From positions 1 through 56,117 of the IMG/VR virus record IMGVR_UViG_3300042868_001938: DNA of 56,117 bases. One strand, given 5' to 3'. A program made the position numbers and the translations under genes. This stretch comes from a virus (lineage: Duplodnaviria; Caudoviricetes). This document shows, one piece after another, positions 1 to 8,261 of this stretch. Positions within the stretch are counted from its first letter, which is position 1. Each line of letters opens with the position of its first letter. The notes beneath the pieces were generated by a model. That model was not told the DNA's origin. It saw nothing but the letters and a program-made list of their open reading frames with translations, and searched no databases.

Positions 1-701
1 TTGCTAAGATTGGTATTGTAACTTAACTGAATATCTGTCCTACCTGAACGTATCATCTCCTCAAGTATAACATAATGTTCTTCTGTAATCAAGGGCTCTC
101 CGCCCGCAAAGTATGCAGTTTCTATGTGTTCAATCTGACCCAATACGTCGGATAAGAACTCTTTGTTGTCATTCTTAGGTATAGTTCTAGCGAACCAAAC
201 GTTGTTCTTTAAGTCTTCTTGTTCCCATTGTGTGCTGAATCCTGATCCGCACGTTCTGCATTTAAAGTTACAAATGTTACTGAAACGGATATCAAAGTAA
301 CGCATTTTAAACTCACTCAATGACCCATCAATGTTCGTGGTTTCCATTGCTTCACCAAAAAACTGTTCATAGTCTCTGTTAGCATGTTTGCGGAAACTCA
401 CTACACCCTGATCTTCGTGATTGTGACATTTAGCACATTCAGGATTTCTTACGTCAGATAGCATATCTAAACGTAATTGTTTCATCTTATCACTGTTAAT
501 GATAGTTGACAATGATTGTGTTCTAGAATTACCTACGCCGTCTTCTGTGGCACAAGATTCTGATATGCAACATGGTGCGGCTACACCACTAGGACTAGTG
601 TGCAAATGAATCCAAGGAATGATACAGAATGACTTTCCCTCAGTCAATATATCTTTCTTTGGTATAGCCTTCTTTGGAAGCTTTTTTACTTTTTTTATCA
701 T
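1..701 (-). CDS. Radical SAM protein with N-terminal SPASM/twitch-like Cys cluster (3'-truncated by window edge)
   Basis: Not in the ORF track; translated by hand from ATG at 701 (ATGA overlap with upstream stop): MIKKVKK..FCIIPWIHLHTSPSGVAAPCC..FSNICNFKCRTCG (CxxxCxxC)..YFAGGEPL..YNTNLS. Confidence 0.88.
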   Translation of the reverse strand, partial: MIKKVKKLPKKAIPKKDILTEGKSFCIIPWIHLHTSPSGVAAPCCISESCATEDGVGNSRTQSLSTIINSDKMKQLRLDMLSDVRNPECAKCHNHEDQGVVSFRKHANRDYEQFFGEAMETTNIDGSLSEFKMRYFDIRFSNICNFKCRTCGSGFSTQWEQEDLKNNVWFARTIPKNDNKEFLSDVLGQIEHIETAYFAGGEPLITEEHYVILEEMIRSGRTDIQLSYNTNLS

Positions 702-2095
702 TTTGGATTCAATTGATTAACTTCTTGACACAAACGGTAGAAGTTTAAATACTCAGGAAATACTGATAGCATGTCTGCATCTCTGCGTTCATCTAATTCA
801 TTGAACCAATTGTAGAAATCTCTGCGACCCTCTATCAATTTAGCATCTGAGTAATTTGTTTCAGCCATATAATCTACTACACGTTTGAACTTCTCATACT
901 CAATTGTAGTGAATGCTTCTGCTTTGTTGTCGTCTACATGTTCTTCCATGAACTTTAATGCATCATGCATGTAGGGCATGAATTCTTCTTTAGGAAGAAT
1001 GTTCATATCATATTGAATAGGATCACGCAAGTAAGGGGTGTCAAAACGAATACGATGTTTGTCTGAATCTTTGTCTTCATACCATCCATATTGCTTGCGC
1101 CATTCTAAGAATTTACCCAAGAATTCTTTGAATGTCGTGACACTAAAGATATTGAAAGTAATCATGAATGTGATTGGACTGTCTGTGTTCTGTAGATATG
1201 TATGAAAGTTCTTCTCCCACAGTTCTAAATCAAGACCTGTGCGAATATACTCAGCACGTGGGCCCCATGTATCTAAGCTAGTAAATAATTTGAAGCTACG
1301 AATCTTATTATCGTCACATAGTTGCTTAACTGATGTTGATAGCTTTTCAACCAATGCAGTCTTTGTCCCTAAGTTGCTATTGATGTTCAACTCTAACCAG
1401 GGCATAGGATCATTGTCAATCTCTTTCAGTAGCTTCCATGTGCTTGTATGCATCGTAGGTTCTCCCCCGGTCACACGCATGATATTCAATGTCTTGCGTA
1501 GTTCAGGCCACCATTTCCAAAATGCGTCAACATAGGGGTTTTCTTCTTCACGTTGATACAACTTCATCCAATCAATGTCGCAACGATGATTCGTTACTGT
1601 AGTGACAGGACCGTGATCTTTAATCTCGTTGAAGAATCGTGTACTGTATTTGGGGTGACAGTATCCACACTTAAAATTACACTCATTCCCGAAGTTGATT
1701 TCCAAATATTCAGGATTGATATTTTGATCCCAAGGACCTTTAAGGGTTTGCTCATAACGTTCCTCTGTAAAAATGCTACTGTTACGTATATGTCTATCAC
1801 TTATATAGTCCGGACCCATTGCTTCAATGTTCCAGCAATATTGACATCCTGCAGGCTTTTCACCTTCTAACATCATCTTTCGTTCCATCTTCTTTTCTTG
1901 CGTATTGTGCAACGCTGATGGATTATCTTTAAGCTCACTGAGTGGAATCTTATGTGGTTTAGGGTGATAACAACTGTGTGTCTCACCTGATTGCAGATAC
2001 ATTGTTACATGATGCCATTTGGCAAGGCAGAACGTAGGTGTAGCTTCGTTCTCAATCTTTATCTTAATCTGTTTGATTCTATCGTGTTCTGCCAT
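698..2095 (-). CDS. Radical SAM protein with N-terminal twitch/SPASM-like domain
   Basis: CNFKCGYC (CxxxCxxC), TGGEP, NSN motifs; N-terminal FCLAKW..SCYHP..GCQYCW. Confidence 0.88.
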   Translation of the reverse strand: MAEHDRIKQIKIKIENEATPTFCLAKWHHVTMYLQSGETHSCYHPKPHKIPLSELKDNPSALHNTQEKKMERKMMLEGEKPAGCQYCWNIEAMGPDYISDRHIRNSSIFTEERYEQTLKGPWDQNINPEYLEINFGNECNFKCGYCHPKYSTRFFNEIKDHGPVTTVTNHRCDIDWMKLYQREEENPYVDAFWKWWPELRKTLNIMRVTGGEPTMHTSTWKLLKEIDNDPMPWLELNINSNLGTKTALVEKLSTSVKQLCDDNKIRSFKLFTSLDTWGPRAEYIRTGLDLELWEKNFHTYLQNTDSPITFMITFNIFSVTTFKEFLGKFLEWRKQYGWYEDKDSDKHRIRFDTPYLRDPIQYDMNILPKEEFMPYMHDALKFMEEHVDDNKAEAFTTIEYEKFKRVVDYMAETNYSDAKLIEGRRDFYNWFNELDERRDADMLSVFPEYLNFYRLCQEVNQLNPK

Positions 2096-3048
2096 TACCA
2101 GCCTTCAATTTTTCTAATAACATCCATCTCTGTTACGAGAGGGCCTAGATTGTGTTTGTCTGCATTGTAGTGACGTTTGAAGAACTTGCTTTGTTCCTTG
2201 TCTAGTGTGCAGATCGGTAGTCCTAATTTATCTTGAAGAATCTTACCGATATCTTCTGCTTGGTGAGTAGGGCCCATGTTACCGTATTGTTCCCACAATT
2301 CATTATAGTTGTCGAACCATTGTACATCATGTGCGTTCCAATCAGTAAGTAATGTTAAGTACGTTCCTAGGCGGGCACCGTAGATTGCCCAATTACCATT
2401 CTCCGCATCCATACCTACATTGTGCCAGACGGTCAAGTTGTTTAAGTTACGACTTGCTACTGTTTCTTTGAATTCATCTACTGATGGGACTTTGCCTCTG
2501 TTCAAACACATCTTAACACCTTCACGGAAACCTGCGCGCCATGCTTGAAACGGTGTCATGTTTGGATATGTTGTGCTGTAGCAATCATGCATTGCCCAAT
2601 ACAAATTGTCTTTACTGTCTAAGCAGAAATCGGCTATACGTGATTCATCACCTTCTGTCTGGTGTTCATGTGTTTTCATTTCACGCACATAAGTCTTTGT
2701 CCAAGAACTCATGCCCCCGTTGCCATAACGCAACCCGTTAACGCTATTAACAGCTTTCCAACGAAACTGTGCTTGTTTGAATTTCTCGTCTTTACCGGTG
2801 AAGTCTAGTTGAATGTTGAAGAAGTCTTCATCGGGCATGTTGTCCCCGTCGATAAGAATGAATCGTTCAGTGTCTGAAGCTTCGCCGGCCGCTTTGTGAG
2901 CCGCGTCAGAACCCTTAACACCGTCAACCCGTTTTGCCCAAGGCACCATGTTCTTAATCTTGAGCCAAAATTCTTCTTTTTGTGGTTCATCGTAACTGAG
3001 ATAGATGCAGTCTAAATCAGCTACGTCAATGATATCATCCGAGTTCAT
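2095..3048 (-). CDS. Putative nucleotide-sugar transferase (GT-A-like fold)
   Basis: 317 aa; ILIDGDN DxD-type motif after VKGSDAAHKAA; lies among GT/rSAM genes, translationally coupled. Confidence 0.5.
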   Translation of the reverse strand: MNSDDIIDVADLDCIYLSYDEPQKEEFWLKIKNMVPWAKRVDGVKGSDAAHKAAGEASDTERFILIDGDNMPDEDFFNIQLDFTGKDEKFKQAQFRWKAVNSVNGLRYGNGGMSSWTKTYVREMKTHEHQTEGDESRIADFCLDSKDNLYWAMHDCYSTTYPNMTPFQAWRAGFREGVKMCLNRGKVPSVDEFKETVASRNLNNLTVWHNVGMDAENGNWAIYGARLGTYLTLLTDWNAHDVQWFDNYNELWEQYGNMGPTHQAEDIGKILQDKLGLPICTLDKEQSKFFKRHYNADKHNLGPLVTEMDVIRKIEGW

Positions 3049-3379
3049 ATGTGTTTAGTTTCCATTTCTGTATTTTACCTGTGTAACTGTCATTAGTGAT
3101 GATACTGATATCATCAAATGCACAAGTAACGCCCTCATGTTCGTCGGGCATCAATTTAGAAACTACTAAGTTAGACGATACTGTTGAGATTCTACCGTCA
3201 ACTACTCTAATGTCAGGACGACCTTGAGCAAAAGTCAAAGCATCAATGACAATGTAGTTTCCATCAAGCTTCTCACAAGTATAGCATATTACGTGCCCTG
3301 TGTCATCATAATATAGCCTAAGTTCGGGTGGAACAACCACTGGAGCTTCCCAAATAATTAAATGTTCGCTGTCTTCCAT
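3035..3379 (-). CDS. Hypothetical protein
   Basis: 114-aa ORF with AAGGA RBS, overlapping the next gene. Confidence 0.7.
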   Translation of the reverse strand: MEDSEHLIIWEAPVVVPPELRLYYDDTGHVICYTCEKLDGNYIVIDALTFAQGRPDIRVVDGRISTVSSNLVVSKLMPDEHEGVTCAFDDISIITNDSYTGKIQKWKLNTYELG

Positions 3380-3388
3380 TAGTATTCC

Positions 3389-4129
3389 TTAAAGTTTATT
3401 CGCAAATGATTTCACATGATAGTGAAACGGGTACAGTTGCGGGTATGTATTCACTCTGATATAGTCACTTGTTACTTCGTACAACAGAGTATCAGTCCAA
3501 GTTTCTGTGGGCAATTCATTAACGAATTGCTTCATATGTATCATACTCATTTCTGTAAAATTAGGTAGTAGAGTCTTTTCAACACCTACAATGTGAGATG
3601 CTATTGCGTAAGCCCAGTCAGTAGTAGCTAATTCTTGTGGGTTGCATTTTAATATAGCTTTGTACTCACCCCAATTCTCAAATACATCTTTAACTATTTC
3701 AAAGAATTGTTTAGCTGTTTCAGATTTCTTAAAGTATGTGATTGCGTTATACGTATCTGGTAAATCGTTATCTATTATGAATCTGCGGTAAGCTCTTACA
3801 TCTGAAACTACACCTTTGTAATTACGTATAGTGCTATTCACTACTATATCACGCTTAGATAATATATCCCACCAGTGGTCAATGTTACGTGGTATAATCA
3901 TATCTGCTTCTAACTTGATAGTTTCATCGTACGGGCTAGCTTCGTACACTTGCCAATCATTTTGAAGCTTCCAATTAGTGTCAGGTGCTTGATCGCCGTA
4001 GGGTAACATATCGGTAGTAATGATAGTTACGTTAGCCTCAGGCATTACCCGTTTAATACTTGCTTCTAGCTTACTAGCGCAACGGACGTAATCATCTCCT
4101 TGAGCCATTATAACAAAACCCTTAGTCAT
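3389..4129 (-). CDS. GT-A-like glycosyltransferase (GT8-like), paralog of 4122-4928
   Basis: KGFVIMA N-terminal strand, YEASPYDETIKLEADM (ExD), TDWAYAIA, C-terminal FHYHVK. Confidence 0.6.
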   Translation of the reverse strand: MTKGFVIMAQGDDYVRCASKLEASIKRVMPEANVTIITTDMLPYGDQAPDTNWKLQNDWQVYEASPYDETIKLEADMIIPRNIDHWWDILSKRDIVVNSTIRNYKGVVSDVRAYRRFIIDNDLPDTYNAITYFKKSETAKQFFEIVKDVFENWGEYKAILKCNPQELATTDWAYAIASHIVGVEKTLLPNFTEMSMIHMKQFVNELPTETWTDTLLYEVTSDYIRVNTYPQLYPFHYHVKSFANKL

Positions 4130-4928
4130 TGATTAGCTCCATGAAGTTATCTTTGTTCATTACGTGAAAGTCACAATCTTTTATTGTAGTGTATTCTTTG
4201 CGAATCTTACCACGTTGCCAATTATCAAACATAACAGTATATTCGGTGTTGAACTCGTCATCGTTGTTTTTATATACGCTAGTATTCTTACCAACATGAA
4301 CTAGGTTCCATGGGATAATATCTGATGGATCAGTACTATGCCCGTTAGCTATACGTAACGCTAATGTCAGTGCATAGTCATTTCTGAAAACACCTGCAAT
4401 AAAGTTGTGAATGTTAGCATAATGATTGTAGTTCTTTTGAACCATTTCTAGACATTCAAAGATATGTTTTGCCCGTTCAGTCTTCCTGAACATTATCACT
4501 GTAGCCCACAATGTATCAAAGCTATAAGCACTCAATACTTCTTGCGGCACTCCCGGGTGCATCATAAAACTTGTAGTGTCATGGCAACAGAAATCAACAC
4601 CTGTATCAAATGTCTTCAATAACTTGTCTGAGTTAACTACGTAATCTGTATCCAATAATAATGTTTCGTCATATGGACTTAGTTCATATGCACGATATCT
4701 ACCTTTGTTTAACCAAAGAGTATTGTCTCGTTTGTTTGTTTTGTCTGCGGGTGCAATGATAACATTGTCAAATTCATATGTTGTATTTGTTGCGGCTGAT
4801 TCTTCATCAGTGACTACAGACACTGGTAGGTTTAGGAAATGATTGATACGCTTTGCCGCATACACAGCCATGGCATAATAATCATATTTAGGGGAGTTGA
4901 ATGCAAAGAGTAGAACGCCTCTGCTCAT
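4122..4928 (-). CDS. GT-A-like glycosyltransferase (GT8-like)
   Basis: RGVLLFA N-terminal strand, YELSPYDETLLLDTDY (DxD), FRNDYALTLA, C-terminal FHVMNK. Confidence 0.65.
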   Translation of the reverse strand: MSRGVLLFAFNSPKYDYYAMAVYAAKRINHFLNLPVSVVTDEESAATNTTYEFDNVIIAPADKTNKRDNTLWLNKGRYRAYELSPYDETLLLDTDYVVNSDKLLKTFDTGVDFCCHDTTSFMMHPGVPQEVLSAYSFDTLWATVIMFRKTERAKHIFECLEMVQKNYNHYANIHNFIAGVFRNDYALTLALRIANGHSTDPSDIIPWNLVHVGKNTSVYKNNDDEFNTEYTVMFDNWQRGKIRKEYTTIKDCDFHVMNKDNFMELIND

Positions 4929-5230
4929 CGTTTTTTCTCTAATTCAGACCATTCTTCATACCATTCAGTCATCACTGATTCGTATGTGTTTTGCAATATT
5001 GATAGCAATTCTTTTCTATCAACTTGTACAGGGTTATTAAAAGTGTCAATTAAAATGACCTTTTCTTTATCCGATGCGTTGAGAAAATTGATTGTTTCTA
5101 AGTTAGCTTTCCAGAGTCCACCTTGTTCAGCGACAATAAATTTGCCGTCGTATTTGTCCCTGAGATATGCTTTAGTTGAATTGTGATTGAAGCGGGCTTT
5201 GGCCTCGCTGATTAACGTCTTTGTATCCAT
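4925..5230 (-). CDS. Hypothetical protein
   Basis: ATG at 5230 with AGGAG RBS and GTAAATA late-promoter-like motif at 5246-5252. Confidence 0.7.
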   Translation of the reverse strand: MDTKTLISEAKARFNHNSTKAYLRDKYDGKFIVAEQGGLWKANLETINFLNASDKEKVILIDTFNNPVQVDRKELLSILQNTYESVMTEWYEEWSELEKKR

Positions 5231-5275
5231 AAACACTCCTACGAGTATTTACACAGATACAAAGACTAGAGAAAA

Positions 5276-6226
5276 TTATACGACTGAGACAGTGCCAGTG
5301 ACCGAAATCGTACCCCAACTGTTAGCTAAATTGGTTGTTTCGGGAGGTCGAACTGTAAGTGTTGTAGTACCACCGGATGCCACTACTAACCCGTCAGGAA
5401 CTTCGTCCCAAATAGTGTAGATAGTGATGACAGAACCTGTATCACCGTTGCTACCTTGAGTACCGTTTGACTTAGCAATCATACGAATAAATGTAGCTAA
5501 GTAACCAGATGGGCCTGTACTTGCAGTCTGAGTGAATACTGTTGTATTTGAAGTAGTCATTGCATAGTATCCGCTGTTAGTAGATACAGTAGGTGTGCTA
5601 CCGCCGCCACCAACTTTAGTAATACCGTTGTATGATGTACCAACAATTGTTACTGCACCTGAAGAAGGTGCAGACATAACTACAGTTCCTACGTTACTGC
5701 ATAAGTTGTTGAACAACAAGTTAATACCCGATGCTCCTGATTGTGCGCAAGTGATTGCTAATTGACCACCTGAGTTAAAGAAGTAACGTGCCGCATTACC
5801 GTTAGCAAAAGTTACAGTGTGTGTGAACGTTGCAAGTTGCGACCATGTTGTACCAATAGTTACAGTGTTTGCTGTTGTACCACCTTGTGAGGCTGCATTT
5901 AAACGAGCACTATAGATAGTATTTAAGTTAGGTTGTACAGCAGACAGATAGGTAACAATACCACCTACAACCGGTACACCAACTGAGCTAATACTTGAAC
6001 CTTGATGTGTGGCTGCACTAGCAGTATTAGAAACTAACGCTGCCCAATTACTTGCGGCAACAGTTCCACCTACAGCAACGTTAGCTGCCGCAGTTTGTCC
6101 ATATCCTGCAGTTGCGCCGCCGGTGGCCCAAGTAGCATTAAGTGTGTTAGCAGTCGTTGTAGGATTTCCGCCCACTAATGTATTATAATCTGTTGCCTCG
6201 ATTGTTCCAAATTGTGCCCAAGTCAT
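5276..6226 (-). CDS. Virion structural protein (tail fibre/baseplate-associated, T/G/A/S-rich beta protein)
   Basis: Composition, ARYFFNSGG motif, position next to the fibre gene. Confidence 0.55.
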   Translation of the reverse strand: MTWAQFGTIEATDYNTLVGGNPTTTANTLNATWATGGATAGYGQTAAANVAVGGTVAASNWAALVSNTASAATHQGSSISSVGVPVVGGIVTYLSAVQPNLNTIYSARLNAASQGGTTANTVTIGTTWSQLATFTHTVTFANGNAARYFFNSGGQLAITCAQSGASGINLLFNNLCSNVGTVVMSAPSSGAVTIVGTSYNGITKVGGGGSTPTVSTNSGYYAMTTSNTTVFTQTASTGPSGYLATFIRMIAKSNGTQGSNGDTGSVITIYTIWDEVPDGLVVASGGTTTLTVRPPETTNLANSWGTISVTGTVSVV

Positions 6227-6229
6227 GGT

Positions 6230-7441
6230 TTATCCTTTAATTGTTACGATTGCTTCAACAGTGCCGGCGCCGTCGTCTATTTTATTCTCCAATGATCTAC
6301 CAATGACGTTGAACGCCGTTGCTTCCCCATCGTTTGCCGCACGTGCGATACCATTACCTGCACTAACTAAGCGTTGACCTTTACGAACTTTACCCGTAAC
6401 TTTAACTTGTACACGACCTGAAACTGCAATTGGAGGGTGAGTTGTATCTGACCCTGCTCCAGCATTCATCAAGTAAGCCGCTGTATCGGATACAACACCA
6501 AACACATCTTCTGATAATTCATATTGAACCGCAGTAATTTCTTTTTCCCCGCCCATTTCAACAACTGTTCCAGCATCATAATAAGCGTCAGCTTCAAAAC
6601 GTTCTGCCAAGTCAGCGTATGTAGCATTTAAACGTGATCCTGTACTCAATGTCCAGTTACCTGTAACAGTACCTGCAGTTGTATTAGCACCTGTAGTTAG
6701 AGTAATACCCTGTAATGTAGTTGCTAAGACGTTGCCGTTGTATGTTGGTAAATATGCCGCAACGTTTGCATTTGAGTATGTACCTGCAAAAGAGATTGGG
6801 CTACCATTTGAATAGTAATAGAAATCAGACTTGATACCTGCGCTTGCTGTGTTTGCAATAAACAAGTTACCATTAGTAATAACAAATGAGTTACCTGATG
6901 CGCCACCGTTTGCAGTCCATGTACCTGTCAATGAACCTGCAGTTGTGTTAGAACCTGATGTAATTGATGTTGTGTTAGCAGTACCTAAAATAGCACTAGT
7001 GATATTACCTACAGCAATGTTTGCGTTAGCACTTACTGAGATATTAGTGAAAATACCGTTTGCGCCAGTCACGTTGTTAGTTGCAGTAATGTTATTGGCT
7101 TGTAAGTTTCCAGTTACAGTAACTTGACCAAAAGTCGTTGTACCACCACTAGCAGTAGAAGTCAATGCAAACCAGTTTGCAGGGTTAGTTTCGCCGTCTG
7201 TAGGGCAAACTAATAAAACCTGTGTGTTGGTATTATACCACAACTGACCTCTAATAGGATTATCCGGTGGATTTACATCCGCAAAGTTTTCCAATTGATG
7301 CACAATGTTTGTGTCTAGTGTTTGTCCGTAGCCAGCATAGTTTCTTCCAGGAAGCCCCTGTGAAGTACTTGTTGTGTTGATAGTTCCGTCTGCAATTGTG
7401 GTCAGTACTGTACCATCACTCTTTACAATTGTATATGCCAT
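6230..7441 (-). CDS. Tail fibre/spike protein with C-terminal peptidase-G2-type intramolecular chaperone domain
   Basis: N-terminal GRNYAGYG..HQLENFA..P..GQLWY baseplate-attachment module; beta-rich N/T/G repeats; C-terminal YADLAERF..YDAGTVV..GVVS..AVSGRVQVKV. Confidence 0.65.
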   Translation of the reverse strand: MAYTIVKSDGTVLTTIADGTINTTSTSQGLPGRNYAGYGQTLDTNIVHQLENFADVNPPDNPIRGQLWYNTNTQVLLVCPTDGETNPANWFALTSTASGGTTTFGQVTVTGNLQANNITATNNVTGANGIFTNISVSANANIAVGNITSAILGTANTTSITSGSNTTAGSLTGTWTANGGASGNSFVITNGNLFIANTASAGIKSDFYYYSNGSPISFAGTYSNANVAAYLPTYNGNVLATTLQGITLTTGANTTAGTVTGNWTLSTGSRLNATYADLAERFEADAYYDAGTVVEMGGEKEITAVQYELSEDVFGVVSDTAAYLMNAGAGSDTTHPPIAVSGRVQVKVTGKVRKGQRLVSAGNGIARAANDGEATAFNVIGRSLENKIDDGAGTVEAIVTIKG

Positions 7442-7464
7442 ATTAAATCACTCCGATATTCTGT

Positions 7465-7472
7465 TATTTATC
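7465..7472 (-). promoter_or_regulatory. T4-type late promoter (GATAAATA)
   Basis: tatttatc on + strand, upstream of the 7441 start; T4 gp55 consensus is TATAAATA. Confidence 0.65.
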
Positions 7473-8093
7473 TTAAATTGTCACTAAGTTAGTCAAGCTC
7501 TGAATTCTAACTGTATAATCTATTTGAATTTGTCGGTTCAAAGACTTCTGAACCGGGTGAAAGATAACGTGAGTCAGTAATCGTGTGATTACGTTTCCAT
7601 CATTGTCTGTTCCGTAGTTTGCTAATAACCCAAGTTCGTCAAAAATGTACGAACTATCCGTTTGAGTACTATTATCAAATGCCGCTTGTCCTGCAGGCTC
7701 ACCGTAATCTAGCAAACACTGCACTAAAATGTCAGTATAGACCTTACCTGTAGTATGAGAAACTGTCATTTTGTTACGTGTAGGGTCTAAGTTAAACACA
7801 CTAGTATCATCAACGATTTTAGCGTAAGTTTGGTTATACAGTGCCGCATTCTGACCAGTTGTATTTGGTGGCAAATACGTAATAACGCCGGTTTCGTCAA
7901 CTGACGCACCACCGTTACCAAATGCCATTTCGTAGATTTCTCCGTAACCACGACTGCTTAATGTGTCAGCAATAGCTTCTGACATGTTTTCATAATTGAT
8001 GGCATTTTTCTTGTCTACGAATACTTCCCCGTTGTTTGGGTCGTAGATTTTGATAAAACCTTCAACTTTGTATGATAGTGTTATTACTGACAT
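7473..8093 (-). CDS. Baseplate/tail structural protein
   Basis: 206 aa; FGNGG, FDELGL, LTHVIFHPVQKS..IDYTVRI pattern; structural context. Confidence 0.6.
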   Translation of the reverse strand: MSVITLSYKVEGFIKIYDPNNGEVFVDKKNAINYENMSEAIADTLSSRGYGEIYEMAFGNGGASVDETGVITYLPPNTTGQNAALYNQTYAKIVDDTSVFNLDPTRNKMTVSHTTGKVYTDILVQCLLDYGEPAGQAAFDNSTQTDSSYIFDELGLLANYGTDNDGNVITRLLTHVIFHPVQKSLNRQIQIDYTVRIQSLTNLVTI

Positions 8094-8096
8094 TCG

Positions 8097-8246
8097 TTAA
8101 TCGCCTCTTGTTTGAACCAATACTTGTTTAGTATTCGGGTCTGTTATCTTTAGGAAAGAAGAAAAGTAAAATCCACCAGTTTCGTTCGGTTTTTTACCGG
8201 AATCTTCGGTAGATTCTACTTTTTGCTGATCCGCATTATTATTCAT
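8097..8246 (-). CDS. 49-aa small protein resembling the N-terminus of the downstream gene
   Basis: Hand-translated MNNNADQQKVESTEDSGKKPNETGGFYFSSFLKITDPNTKQVLVQTRGD; fills the gap; GATAAATA at 8252-8259 directly upstream. Confidence 0.7.
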   Translation of the reverse strand: MNNNADQQKVESTEDSGKKPNETGGFYFSSFLKITDPNTKQVLVQTRGD

Positions 8247-8261
8247 ATATTTATTTATCAT

